Below are positions 1 to 12,616 of a stretch of DNA of 64,000 bases, piece after piece; the first letter of the stretch is position 1; every line of letters starts with the position of its first letter. The DNA lies in NCBI RefSeq assembly GCF_963921235.1, contig NC_086097.1:36892001-36956000 (forward strand). The letters run 5' to 3'. Under the pieces are notes generated by a model. That model did no database searches and was not told the DNA's origin. It worked only from the letters and a program-made list of their open reading frames with translations. The position numbers and the translations under genes were made by a program. The DNA comes from Mobula hypostoma. Taxonomy: Eukaryota.

Positions 1-169
1 GACAGTAATAGAAAAACAGTAGTAAATCGATAAGTAGCAGAAAATAAGTTGCAGCAGCACCAGAATATCACAGTAATGCACAAAGTGCCGTTAGTACAAG
101 TACTTAAGTCCTTGTGTGTGCATGTGTGTGCTCACAGTTTCAGTCGTTGTTCTGTGGGAGTGGTGTGAT

Positions 170-560
170 GGAGGCCACAGCTCTGGGATAGAAGCTGTTC
201 CTCAGTCTATTTGTTCTGGTTTTTAGTGTCCTGAACCTTTTGCTGGACGGCAGCGGGTCAGACAGGGAGTGGCTGGGGTGTGTGGTGTCTCTTCCAATGC
301 CCATTTAGAAGTTGGAAGCTGTTCCTGAATCATTCAGTGGGTGCCTTCAGGCTTTTATCACTCCTGCCTGATGGTAAAAGTGAGAACAAGACATGGCCTG
401 GCTGATAGGGGTCCTTAAAGTTGGACGCTGCCTTTTTGAGGCATCGCTCCTTGAAGATGTCCTGGATACTACAAAGACCAGTACCCATGATGGAGCTGGC
501 TAATTTTATAACTCTCTGCAGCTTACTTCGGTCTGGCCCCCTCCCCCCACTCCCTGTCAT
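170..560 (-). mobile_element. Two abutting 3' fragments of Rex1/Babar-type LINEs
   Basis: Minus-strand translations give HPSHSLSDPLPSSKRFRTLKTRTNRLRNSFYP (170-280) and RCLKKAASNFKDPYQPGHVLFSLLPSGR (330-560), the typical C-terminus of the Rex1/Babar ORF. Confidence 0.75.
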
Positions 561-670
561 ACCAGACGGTGATGCAGCCAGTTTCTCTCATGTCTGCATT
601 TTCACAAACAAATGAACATAGGAACAAAATTTACACATTCAACATTCCAGTCTGCTCTGCATTCAGCCAG

Positions 671-737
671 CCTGGGGTCCATGGACCACTTGATTAATGG
701 ATTTGGTCCATGGCATAAAAAAGGTTGGGAACCCCTG
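671..737. mobile_element. hAT/Charlie-like mini-MITE, left end truncated
   Basis: Ends GGTTGGGAACCCCTG followed by AGCTAGAT; internal sequence matches the complete copy at 38916-38994. Confidence 0.7.
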
Positions 738-1233
738 AGCTAGATCATGGTTATTTCATGTCTTATCTTCTTTATGCCATAAAACTTGATGTTCTTGTCT
801 AATTGAATCTCAGACCTGAAAAAGAACAGTTTGACTCAGAAACAACAATAACATTGGGGGAGCAAATATCAAATGTCCCACCTCCTTTGTGTGAAAATTG
901 CTTTTTTGTTTCACTACCAAATTGATCAAGCTCCAGATTTTCTGATAGTGGATTCTCCACCTGAGAATATAGTTTCTCTGTATGTACCCAATTTATTTCC
1001 TTTACCATTTTAAAGACATCAAATCAATAATCTGAGTTTTGTAACTTGAACTTCTAAAACCAGGTAATTCTTCTGGTGAATCCACATTACACTCCCTCAG
1101 GGCTAATGTGGCCTTCCAGAGCTTCAGAGACTAAAACTGAATTCAGCACTCCAGATGAGGTAAGACAATATTCTGTACAAATGAAGCATAGTGGGATATT
1201 GGGAATCACAGAAGTGAGGAACCTAGGAATGCA

Positions 1234-1365
1234 AACATGAGGAAATCTGCAGATGCTGAGAATTGAAGCAACACACACAAAATGCTGGTGGAACACAGCA
1301 GGCCAGGCAGCATCTATAGGAAGAGGTACAGTCGATGTTTCGGGCCGAGGTCCTTCATCAGGACT
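1234..1365 (-). mobile_element. Penelope-like element (PLE) pLTR fragment with degenerate hammerhead motif
   Basis: Flanked by a 14-bp direct repeat AACCTAGGAATGCA (1220-1233 and 1366-1379). Minus strand reads AGTC CTGATGA AGGACCTCGGCCC GAAA CATC GACT. Homologous to 56131-56401 and 63356-63808. Confidence 0.85.
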
Positions 1366-2587
1366 AACCTAGGAATGCATGTTTTTTTAAAAAAAGGACA
1401 AAGGAAACCAAATGCACAATTTTACAATTACACAAGGGCAAGACAGGATGAAGGAGAACTTCTTCTCTTAATAGTAAAATATTAACTAGATTTAATGCGA
1501 CAAGTTGAAGGATCGAGGGGAGATAAAGAAACATGTTTTCACCCAAGGACTTCAGTGCCAGAAGGAAGGCAAAAGTAGGTTCCATTTAATTTCCTCGACC
1601 TGCTGTGACCTACAAGGCTGCAGACTGACAAATAAAAAGTGGTGTTTTATCTAATGTTGGCACAATGAGTTGAATGACCTCCTTCTCCACTGTACATTTC
1701 AAAGATTTTACAAAACTAAGGCCAACATTCCAGTTGCTTTCCTGGTTATGCCAAACACAGCAGTAGGACTTTGGCCAGCTTCTGTATTTCCATCTAATCT
1801 GTTTTCAAGTTCACTTGGGGCAAGGCAAGGATCTGAGAAAGTTTATTTAATATAGTGCTCCCTGTTTATTGAACTTTGACCTTCCCAGTAAGTGAAATAG
1901 TTCCTTCCTTTCCACCCTGTCCAGAAGCTTCGCTTCCTCTCAATTAGCTCTCACCTCATCCTCACCTAATCTAAAGAAATTATATGGCCCTGTTCAGAGT
2001 TTTCTTGCAGCTGAGTACTCCTATTGTGGAACATCTCCTCTGCACCCCCTCCAGCACAACACATTCTTCCTGGTTATCAGGACTGTGCACCCTCCAAACC
2101 ATGGCCTAACTACTTCTGTGCATTTCTAGAATGACCTCCCCTCTTACTCTTAGTAGCTACCTCTTTAAATAATTGTTACATTTTTGCTTCTGTTACTTTG
2201 ATCAAGAATTACAGAAGAAACAAGAATGAACTATTTTGTTTGACTTACAGATTGAAAGGAGGAAAGTCAGCATTTACTTCAATTCCATTTGCGGATCCTG
2301 AGCAAAGTAAATGGTTTGTGTCTTCATGAAGCAAGACCTTGACAACATTCGGGAAGGGGTTGATAAGTAACATGTAGTGTTGGTGGATCAGCAATGATGG
2401 GTAACAACAACAAATACCAACCAAAATAAAAACAAAGATGTAGCATTGCTAAGTGCCCCACATCAAGAGCCCGAGTCCCCACTGATTGAGTCCCCACTGA
2501 CTGAAGTTTAATTGGACCAGAAACATATATAGTTAGGCCACAAGGCAGGCCAGGGGCTGGATATCCCGTGATGACCAACTTACCTCT

Positions 2588-2720
2588 TGACATAGAACAT
2601 AGAAACATAGAATAGTACAGCACAGTACAGGCCCTTCGGCCCACAATGTTGTGCCGACACTCAAACCCTGCCTCCCATATAAGGCCCCACCTTAAATTCC
2701 TCCATATACCGGTCTAAATC
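2588..2720 (-). mobile_element. CR1 LINE 3' tail fragment
   Basis: CATAGAACATAGAAACATAGAA tail followed by TACAGCACAGTACAGGCCCTTCGGCCCACAATG, similar to the 3' end of the CR1 at 49348. Confidence 0.75.
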
Positions 2721-2729
2721 CTTCCCGCT

Positions 2730-3150
2730 ATCTACAGCAGCCAAAGTGCAAAGGAATACAATCTAATTATTTGGAAGGAACCAGGTCGAACACCACTCGG
2801 GGAGCTCAGCATAAGCCAAGATGGTCCATTTTATTGGCACCCTATCCACCACCCTACACGTTCAATTCCTCCACAACTGGTGAACAGGGATTACATTATA
2901 TTCCTTCAGCAAAACTGCAAGTCATTCATCCAGGCTACCACAATTTCCATCACCAAAGAGCATATGGGAGCACCTTCCAAAGAGTTGCACACTACCTTGA
3001 ATTGTTGCTTCATCAGTGCTGGATGTAACTCCTGAAATACTGCACAACAGCACCAAGAAGGATCTTACCAGAAAGACTACAATAACTCATGTGTGGACTA
3101 TCATTGTCTCAGGGCAATTTGGGATGAGAAATCACTGCCACCAAAGCCCA
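2730..3150 (+). mobile_element. Old, highly degenerate non-LTR retrotransposon 3' end (CR1/L2 group)
   Basis: Similar to 45470-45760, with a shared ...CTCA(A)GGGCA...GGGATG terminal segment; no intact ORF. Confidence 0.45.
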
Positions 3151-3700
3151 CATTGAACATAAAGATTCAAGTAAGATACATGAGTGTCCTACATATAGCA
3201 TAGTAATAAACTAACATAGAAACCTGAAATGGTGCATGCAAATTGGGTTTAGTACAAGGATGTGCATTACATGTAGTTTTTCTAAATCCCCCACAGGAGG
3301 CCCTCCAGAGCACAAAGCGGGTATCATTTCAATTTTCTCTGTTCAAAATGGATGAGATTTTTATCAGATCTATTTTTGAGGTGCTATATATTTGTGTGGG
3401 CCTGACCCAAATATTTCTGAGTCACCCGAACAACAATGAGCACCAGATTTCCATGGGAGGACGGCCATGATTTAAACCACTTAGGCAAGCAGATGCGAGA
3501 GAAGCTTAGTGAGCCACCAAAGAATTGCTTCAGATACTGTTTCAGAGACTTTTTACAATGACAAAAATTCACTTTTTTCTTTAAAGATGCTTTTGGTGGA
3601 ATGGGGAAAAAACCTTCCTTATTAATCTACTTCTGAGCAGAAGTCAAAAACAAAACAAGATGGTATTACCAGGCATCGTTTTCAACCCTTTTGACAGAAG

Positions 3701-3991
3701 GGCGCCACAGTGGTGTAGCGGTTAGAGTGGGCACTGTTATAGCTTGGGGAATCGGAGCTCAGAGCTCAATCGCAGCATCCGCTGTAAGGAGTCTGTACAT
3801 CCTCCCTGTGGAATGCACGGATTTTATCTCTGGTCCTCCTGTTTCCTCCCACAGTCCAAAGATGTACTGGCTCGGTTAATCGATCACTGTAGCTTGTCCT
3901 GTGATTAGGTCAGGGTTAAATCGGGTTGTCAGGTGTTGCTGGGCAGTATAGCTCAAAGGGCCAGATGGGCTTATTCCACACTGTATCTCTA
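3701..3991 (+). mobile_element. tRNA-derived SINE of the V-SINE (HE1-like) type
   Basis: A-box-like TGGTGTAGCGG at 3711, V-domain-like GTTTCCTCCCACAGTCCAAAGA at 3841, and a CR1-like tail AAGGGCC...CTGTATCTCTA. Confidence 0.8.
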
Positions 3992-4059
3992 CCTCTAATT
4001 CATTTCTTTAAAATAAGGGACAACCACACATTTGGCTTTTAAACACCTTTTGAATTTGA

Positions 4060-5100
4060 CAGTGTTAAATGGAGACGTCAACGTGTAGCATTAATCGGGG
4101 AACTGCCAAGGAAAATTTGTAAAATATTGCCTGGGATGAATGTACAACTATTCACAAAGCAGCCACTGAAGAATTCAGTTGAAGATTACAAGATCCTAGA
4201 TGCAACAGTAAAATATTGGTTACATGGTACTTGAATGCTAGATGGAGATTTTTATCAAACACTGCCAGTAATTCAATGTAAATAAATACATAAACACTTC
4301 CAGTAATTCAATGTAAATAAAGTATATTAATTGAAAGTTTGTATTAAAACATCCTATCTTTGTAAAAATATTGAAAGTCAATGAACGAGTGCATTTGACA
4401 GATAACCCATGTGAAATAGAACTTGCTTCAAATTTATCTCGTAGGAGATGGGGAAATAAACATACATGGACTCAGCAGGAATGACTTGATGAAAAACTTC
4501 AGATGAGTTGTTACATCACTTGATAACCTAATGCCAGCTATTTTCCCAATTACCATTTAGTACTATTTGAATTACCAATGGCTGCATAACAAGCAACTTC
4601 AGCAAAGCATGATGCAATGCCGGCAAAGATTAAAGACCATCTTTCAAAGTTCCCCCGACAACCTGTCTGATTGATGGTGTGACAGACATTTGTGATCCTG
4701 TAATCTTCCTGCTGAATTTTTAAAAAATCTGTCCCCATCTGTTGTGCCGTCACATAATCCTAAATTACAACAAGGAGGTCCAATCATCCTTCTCAAGAAC
4801 TTGGATCCACCAATACTATGCAATGGCACAGAATTATCAGTCCAAATATCACTATCATGTGTGGCTGGTAATGCTTTTTGGGAAAATGAACTCACCTCTC
4901 AGGTACTGATTATCCAAACTGATCTTCCTTTTCTTTTTGAGCAACATCAGATCCCTATTCATTTTAATTTTACTGTGAGTATTAACAAGGCACAAGAACA
5001 ATCACAAGAAGTTGTTGGTCTTGATGTCAAATGTAATGTTTTTCCCATGGTCAGCCATACGTTGCTCGCTCCACGGTTCTGGATAAAAGTAATCTAAAAA
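4060..5100 (+). pseudogene. Helitron Rep-Hel relic: degenerate PIF1-family helicase
   Basis: Walker-B-like WDECTTIHKAA at ~4132; PAEFLKNLSPSVVPSHNPKL, IILLKNLDPPILCNGT and DLPFLFEQHQIPIHFNFTVSINKAQEQ match PIF1/Helitron helicase C-terminal motifs; multiple stops and frameshifts. Confidence 0.8.
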
Positions 5101-6929
5101 TTAAGTGTAGTATATTCTTCTTCAACATTGAAATAAGTAAATATATACATTATCTATACCTATTTATTAAGAGTAATATTTATAGACATACTTATTTTTG
5201 GTGTGAATGTTTTTATGGGTAATTCTAATCAAACGACATAATTTTAAACCCTTAAATATATTATTTCATGAACATAAAGTTAGATTTTGTTTCAATTACA
5301 AGCAGTGTTTTAAAATTCAATTGCTTGAAAATAAATGTAAACTTCGTGATTTTGTCAGCAAAATAACCCAAGAAATGTTGGGTATATCAGTGAGAAATTA
5401 GTAAAATATTATTTTGCCTATCCCTAATTCATTAAAGGAATTGGTAATGGCCATTTTGAAATACTTGAGAGAGCACTCCTACAATGTTGCCAAGATTTAG
5501 ATCCAGCAACATAGATATTTTTTAAGTCAGGATGAGGTGTGATTTAGATGGAAACTTTGACAGTATGTTAATTACATGTGCCAGCTGTCATACCCATTTA
5601 GCTCCTACGTATCCAGGCATGTAAGTGTTATTCCATCACAGTCCAGACTTATTATAGGTGGCGATCATGTGGAATTTGCTACCACAGATGGTTGTTGAAG
5701 CCAATCCACATAATATAGTTAAAAATATAGGAAATATAAATTTAAGACAGATGGTATATAATGATAATTTTGAATAGCAGGGAGGGTTTGAAGAAAAAAA
5801 ATGGTATCAACATTAAATTTTCCAAGTTCACATCTTTCTCTCGTGTCTTCTTCTGGTGACGTTGAAAGAATGAACTCCAAACACCATAACTATCCTCCTT
5901 CATGCTTGCCGTGCCATGCAGCTTGTTGTGAAGGCACTGGAGAGACACCGAAGCTGGTGCTAGAGAAGTCTTCATTTGTTTCAACAAGCAAGCGTTCTCA
6001 TGGAGATCCTCTCAATAGAATTCCACACACTCAAAAGTACACATTTTATACTGTTAAGATCAACAGGTGATTCAATGCAGTTTCAATCGTTACAATGAAA
6101 TTGTTTACTTTGATACTTTGGGTTGACAACGCTTCCTTTGAATTGCATCTCTACAGTGAGAGGCCCCTCTGAATGTTCAAAAACCTTGGCTGGGACAAAC
6201 TAATCGCAAAACTCCCTGAATTTATCTACAGTGGTGCAATTTTCTTCAACCCAAAGTTGATGCAGCCGCCTCTCGGGGGACAACCAAAAGTCCTTTTTTT
6301 CCCCTTGTTAAATGTGTTTTTATACATAGTAAGGCTATTCTTTACTCCAATAACTACCTGTTCGGCGTCAGTGAGTTGCTCTTTGTTCGGAGTAGCCAAC
6401 CAGTGGTTCAGAGAAAGCAAGTCAGCCCGTTGGAGCAGGAAGGTCGAATTGACCTGTCAGGCCAGGGGATGCGAGCTGGGCTATCGGGCCCAGGGATTTG
6501 AGCCAAGCCATCGGGCTGCAGGGGAAGCCAGATTGGGTTCGGAAGAGCTGACCTGGGTGGAGACTATGCTGCAGTGTGCTACTTGGAGGCACCAGAGTTG
6601 GTGCCGTCAAGTTGGTGCAGTGAAACCACGAGTGACTGTCTTAGACATTTCTTTTGCGGTCACAAGATCCTGTTGGACATTGACTCCCACAGGCCTGCTT
6701 CCCGTGTTTGGTGGTTAGACAGGCGGCGAGGTAGCAGTGCCACCTCAGTTGTAGCCAGGACTAGGCCTCAGTCCTCAGGCTTGCGTTGTAGCGAGTGTCG
6801 GAGCTCAGTTGGGGATGGTCTCTCCCATAGGTGATGCTCTCTAATGATGGAGCAGTGAAATTGCAGGCTGGACTGCCGTGAACCATCAACTTGCAGGACT
6901 TGTCACTCAGCAAAGCAAACAGCATTACC

Positions 6930-7130
6930 CACACAACGCCTCAGGAACAGCTTCTTCCCTTCTGCCATCAGATTTCTAAATACGTGTTTTCCGAATACAT
7001 GAACAGTACCCTGTCATTTGCCTTTTGTAGTATTTAGACTTGTAACTTGTAGCATTTTTTTTCTCTTACTCTGTATTACTGCCATAAAACAACACATTTC
7101 ACAACATATGCCAGTGATTCTGATTCTGAT
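6930..7130 (+). mobile_element. Rex1/Babar-type LINE 3' end
   Basis: Encodes TTRLRNSFFPSAIRFLN-like residues, followed by a 3' UTR ending in GATTCTGATTCTGA. Confidence 0.65.
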
Positions 7131-7489
7131 CTGTTATGAATGATACTGGTTGAAAAAAGAACTTGGCCAAGGCACCAGGACAAAGGTTTGCTCTGCTGTG
7201 AATATACCCTTCTAAATGGGCAGACAAGGATTCTATTTTGCATTTCCTGCAGGAGCTGGTACCCATTTTCCTCATCACTATATAACTACAACCTGGAGTT
7301 GGGATAGATGCCACCATTTTTGAATTAAGACAAGCATGTTGCTGAGGCTTAAATGTTCAGATTTGTAAAGTAAGCTGTAAGCCGTGTCTGAATATCAAAG
7401 CCATGTGTTGCCAATTAGATCTGATATGCCACTGATTATTATGGTTAATTATTAAAGGATACCGATGGCTGTGGCTAACCTAAGTAGGA

Positions 7490-7860
7490 TACACGAGAGA
7501 CATTAGATGCTGGAATCTGAGGTCTCATGTTCCACTCTGGTGATCTACAATGCTGTATTTTCCAATTTCAGGTTACACTTACTTCCTCTAGCTCCCTTTC
7601 TGATCTACTCCTGATTGGCCAGTCTTTGTTTCCTTTCCCATACCCTCTATTCATCACTCATTTATGTCCCTCTCTCCATCCTGTTTCTATTCACCCAGCA
7701 CACTTAACCCACCAGATCCCCACTCCTGTCTGGATTCATCTGCTCTTCACCTCTCCATTACCAGTTTCTAGCATTTGTAGCCTTCGTGTTATCTTCCAAT
7801 CTTCATCTCTATCCCCTACCTGTCCCTCTTCTTTTCCATTCTTTCCCTCAGAGGATCTAT
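7490..7860 (+). mobile_element. Degenerate PLE 3' fragment
   Basis: Short inverted pLTR end (ACACGAGAGA...AGATGCTGGAATCTGAG) followed by a pyrimidine-rich tract similar to the reverse complement of 43760-44020. Confidence 0.45.
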
Positions 7861-7869
7861 TCTAGGCCC

Positions 7870-10720
7870 AAAGTTCAAAGTAACTTTATCAAAGCACATA
7901 TACAGTATTTCACCATATATAATGCTGAGGTTCATTTTCTTGCAGGCATACACAGTAATCCAAGAAGCGTAATAGAATCAATGAAAGGCCATACCCAACA
8001 GACCAGACAAACAACCAATGTGCAAAAGACAACAAGCCATGCGAATACAAAAGGAAAAAGAAATAATAATTCTGGTAATAAATAAATAAGCAATCACTAT
8101 CAGGAACCTGAGATGAGGAGTCCTTTAAAGTGGGTCCATAGGATTTGGGAACAGTTCAGTGATGGGGCGAATGAAGTTATCCCCTCTGGTTCAAGAGTCT
8201 GATGGTTGAGGAGTAATAACTATTCCTGAACCTGGTGGTGAGGATCCTGAGGTTCCTGTCCCTTCTTCCTGATGTGGCAGCAAGAAGAGAGCATGGTTTG
8301 GGTGGTGGGGGTCCTCGATGATGAATGCAGCTTTCCTGCGAAAGCACTCTGTGTAGATGTGCCCAATGGTGGGGACGGCTTTACCTGTGATGCACTGGGC
8401 CATATCCATTACTTTTTGAAGGTTTGTCCATTCAAGTGCATTCGCGTTTCCATACCAGGCTGTGAAACAACCGGTCAATATATTCTCCACCACACATCTA
8501 TAGAAGTTTGTCAAAGCTTTAGATGTCATACAGACTCTTTGCAAACATCGAAGAAGGTAGAGGTGCTGTCATGCTTTCTTTGTAAAGTTACTTATGTGCT
8601 AAAGCTAGAACAGTCCTCTGAACTGATACTGCTGAGGAATTTAAAGTGGCTGACCCTCTCCACCTCTGATCCCCCATGAGAATTGGCTCATGGACCTCTG
8701 GTTTTCTCCTCCTGAAGTCAATAATCAGCTCCTTGGTCTTGCTGACACTGAGTGAGAGGTTGCTGTTGTGGCTCCACTCAGCCAGATTTTCAATCTCCCT
8801 CCCACATGCTGATTCGTCACCACCTTTGATTATGCCAAAGACACTGCTGTCATCAGCAAACTTGATTATGGCACTGGGGCTGTGCTTGGCCTCACAGTCA
8901 TAAGTATGAAGTGAGCAGAGCAGGGAACAAAGCATAGAGCCTTGTGGTGCAGCTGTGCTGATGGAGATTGTGGAGGAGATGCTGTTGCCAATCTGAACTG
9001 ACTGGGATCTGCAAGTGAGGATATTGAGGATCTAATTGCACAAGGAGGTATTAATGTCAAGGTCCTGATTAGTTTTGAGGGGATGATAATATTGATTGCC
9101 AATCTGTAGTCAATGGAGAGCATCCCGATATATGCATCTTCTCTGTCCAGATGTTCTCGGGTTGAGTGAAGAGCCTGTGGACCTGTTGGGATGGTAGGCA
9201 AATTCAGATACATCCAGGTTGTTTCTCAGGCAAGAGTTGATATGTTTCGTCATTAACTTCTCAAAGCTCTTCATCACAGTGGATGTAAGTGTTACTGGAT
9301 GATATCGTTGAGGCAGCTATAATTAAAACTGCTTGAAACAGGTGGGTACCTCAGACTGCCAAAGGGAGAGGTTAAATATACCAGTGAACACATCAGCCAG
9401 TTGATCAGCACAGATTTTTAGTACTTGGCCAGGTACCCCATCTGGGCCAGATACTTGTCGTAGTTTTACCCTCCTAAAGGATACTCTCATATCAGCCTCA
9501 GAGACTGAAATCACAGGGTCATCGGGGCTGTGGGAGTTTGAAAATGTTTCTCCATGTTTTGACAGTCAAAGTGTGCGTAGAAGGCATTGAACTTATCTGG
9601 GAGTAATGCCATGTCACCCATGTCGATTAGTCTCACTTTGTAAAAGGTGATAGCATTCAAGCCCTGCCACAGCTGTTGAACGTCCTTCAGTGATTCAAGT
9701 TTGGTCTGGAGTTGCCACTTCACACGTGATATGACTTTCTGGAGATTGTACCTGGATCTCTCCTATCTGACTTGGTCACCACACCTGAATGTCACTGATC
9801 TGGCCCTCCAGATCTCATGGTTCGTCTAGAGCTTCTGGTTGGGGAAGACTGAATGATTTTGTGGGGGGCACACTTGTCTACAACTGCTTTGATAAAGTCT
9901 GTGACTACCGTGGTGTATTCTTTCGATCTTCTGATGAATCCTCGAACACAACGCAGTCCATTGACTTGAAGCAATCCCATAGCCTCTGCCTCCCATGGCC
10001 ACCTCTTTGTTATCCTTATCTTTTGAACCGTGCTCTTTAGCTTCTGCCTGTATGCAGATAGGAGAAGGACAGCCAGGAGATCAGATATCCCAAAGTACTT
10101 TCTTGGCATGGAACAGTTGGCATTCCCAATGGTAGCATAACAATGGTTGAGAGTGTGTCAGAATCCCCAGTGCTGCAGGTGACATGCTGATGATAATTGG
10201 GCAGAGATTTCTTCAAACAAGCCTGATTGAAGCCCCTGACTATGAATTGAAATGTGCATGATGGAATGTTTCTAGTTTGGTAATTGCAGCATTCAATATC
10301 TCGAGTACCTAATTAATGTTGGCTTTTGACAGTATGTAAGCTGTGGTCAGGATTGCTCTTGTTAAGTAGAATAAGAGTGTAACAAGACTCCTGCACCCCA
10401 GCACCACAGAGGTTATCACGAAACACTAACCCTTCCAAATCAGCAATCTGTAAATGACCAGTCCAATCCATCCTTTGTATCGAGAAGCCTTCAGGTCTTA
10501 GCAACGTATCTGGTGAGACCAGAGTGAGCCATGTCTCTGTGAAACACAGAACACAGTAATTCCTTATTCCCCTCCCGTACAGCAATCTTGCCCATAGATC
10601 CTCAATCTTGTTCTCCAGCATTCCCTAACAAAATGCTGGGTAAAGGAACTCGTAATCCTTGGTGTCTCAATCTGGCTTGGGGTCCTCCCCTCCTCCCTCT
10701 CTTCTAGCTATTGTGATGTA
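7870..10720 (-). mobile_element. Near full-length, degenerate Rex1/Babar LINE (APE endonuclease + RT)
   Basis: Fragmented ORFs in the expected order: LENKIEDL...LCFTETWL (APE), GPDGVPG..LKICADQLADVFT.IFNLSL, IIKFADD, LSVSKTKELIIDFRR, LTNFYRCVVENILTGC.TAWYG; several frameshifts. Confidence 0.9.
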
Positions 10721-10929
10721 CATTTGTCCATCTGAAGATGTAGTACCTGCATGCTTGAGAGTTAATTCCACCAAGTCCATCAAAAGATCGTGAAATTAAG
10801 ATGGTTCAAAAGTATGTTGCTTAAAGGGAAATTACAGGCTGCAGATTTCAATGAAAGTAATTTGGAAGAGGTATAGTTAGAAGTTTTGTAAGCAACTAGC
10901 AATACATCACCGTGATTCACCAGTGGCAT

Positions 10930-11430
10930 CTTGAACATATTGATGTAATCACGAAAGAGGCATGCCAGCTGCTCTACTTTGTCAAGAGTTTGAGGAATTT
11001 GGAATGTCACCAAATTTCTGCAGATGTGTGGTGCTGAGCATTCTGACTAGTTGCATCACCACCTTGTATAGAGGCTCCAATGAGCAGGATTGAAAGAGGC
11101 TGCAGAAAGAGTTGTACAACGAGGGCAAGAACCACCCCACCACTGGGGACATCTTCAAAAGATAGGTCCTCCATCATTACAGACACTCGCTATTTGGGTC
11201 ATGCCCACTTCTCATTCCCACTGGAGGTACAGGAGCCCGAAGACCCGCACTCAGCACTTTAAGGAATCACTTCTTCCCCATCAGATTTCTGAATGATCCA
11301 TGAACGTTACACCCCTATTCCCCCTTTGCACTATTTTTTGTTACTATATCTTGGTAATTTTCTATGCCTTGCACAGTTTTACCTCCAGAAAACAAATTTC
11401 ATGACACATGTCAGTGATAACAGATTCAAT
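10930..11430 (+). mobile_element. Rex1/Babar-type LINE 3' fragment, degenerate
   Basis: Homologous to the reverse complement of 8190-8600, with a 3' UTR ending CATGACACATGTCAGTGATAA. Confidence 0.65.
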
Positions 11431-11849
11431 ATTCAGATTTAGCTATCGAATGTACATCGAAACAGTGAAATGTGTTGTTTGCATTAACAACCAACACACC
11501 CAAGGAAAACTTTATTTTGATCATTGGTTGAGATCAGCTTCCAAAATGATGATGTTAAAATCAGTATAAAGATCACAGAAACAATTTGCATTTAAAATTA
11601 AACATTCATTTGCATTGCTTTTGTTGATTTAAGAAAAAATGCGTTTCTATGAACAGTGAACTCCACCAGAAACTGCTCTCTCGTTGGATCACTATTTTCC
11701 TTTATCTCATTTAACTACAGTCACAAATAGTCCGTGAGCCAAGACCCCAAATTTGGGCCACCGGTACCAACTGGGGGAATAATTCTTAGAATGATTTTTG
11801 GCAAGGTATACACCACTAGTGCTAGAAAATATGTGATAGCATTGCAGCG

Positions 11850-12608
11850 GTGGTAGCTTTCTGTGAGGGGGACTGGGAGTTGTACCTCCATGCTATAAGA
11901 ACCATGATCCCATGGTGCTTTGCCTATGATAAGATGAATTATGCCAGGTACCTGTCCCCCTACTTTGCTCAGATGATGAACCTCCCAGAGAAGAATCCTT
12001 CTGTGTATGAGGACTTCAAGACAGGCCAATTCTCAGTGCAGTTGTCAAGTAACAACCCCTTTGGACAGATCCCTGTTGACCAGGCTATTGAAGCCACAGT
12101 GAACAAAGACACACAGATTCCTGGAGGCACATCACAGTTCAGCCTGAATGCTGAAGCTATCAAGCGTTACTACATAACAGCTGAGCACCACAGTGCATTC
12201 CTGGGACAGTTGAGGGAGATGGTGCAAGGCAACAAATCAGAGCTTTGTCATGCGGAGCGACAGCGGCCAAGAATCCAGAAAGATGAGGAAGCAGTTTCAG
12301 CAGTGGTTAGCCTCATACATGAATGGGTCAACCCATTTGCAGAGAAGCGGGACCTCATTAGCATCTCTACGGCAAAGGCAGCCCTCAAGGACATTGCCTC
12401 CAACCTGATGAAGGCATATGAGATTGGTGAGCAATGCTATGCAACCTTCAAGGATGAGAGACTAGAGGAAGACCCACCAGCAAAGAAATTCCATGACCCA
12501 ATGAAAGCCAACAAGCTGAAAACATTCAGTGGTATGTGTAAGAAGATGGAAGTGAAACCAAATGGGAGGGCAATCATCTTGAAAGCAGACAGGTCTTTAA
12601 TGCATTAA
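11850..12608 (+). pseudogene. Academ-type DDE transposase fragment (252-codon open frame, truncated at both ends)
   Basis: Motifs EGDWELYLHAIRTMIPWCFAYDKMNYARYL and FSVQ...IPVDQAIEATVNKDTQIPGG, which I recognise as the Academ catalytic C-terminal region. The predicted GTG start lies in the TIR, so the N-terminus is deleted. Confidence 0.7.
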
Positions 12609-12616
12609 TGTGCATT

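Noticed and set aside
6173..6834. 181-aa ORF in a GC-richer segment
   Set aside because: No recognisable domain; the composition shifts mid-ORF, suggesting an unclassified repeat I cannot name.
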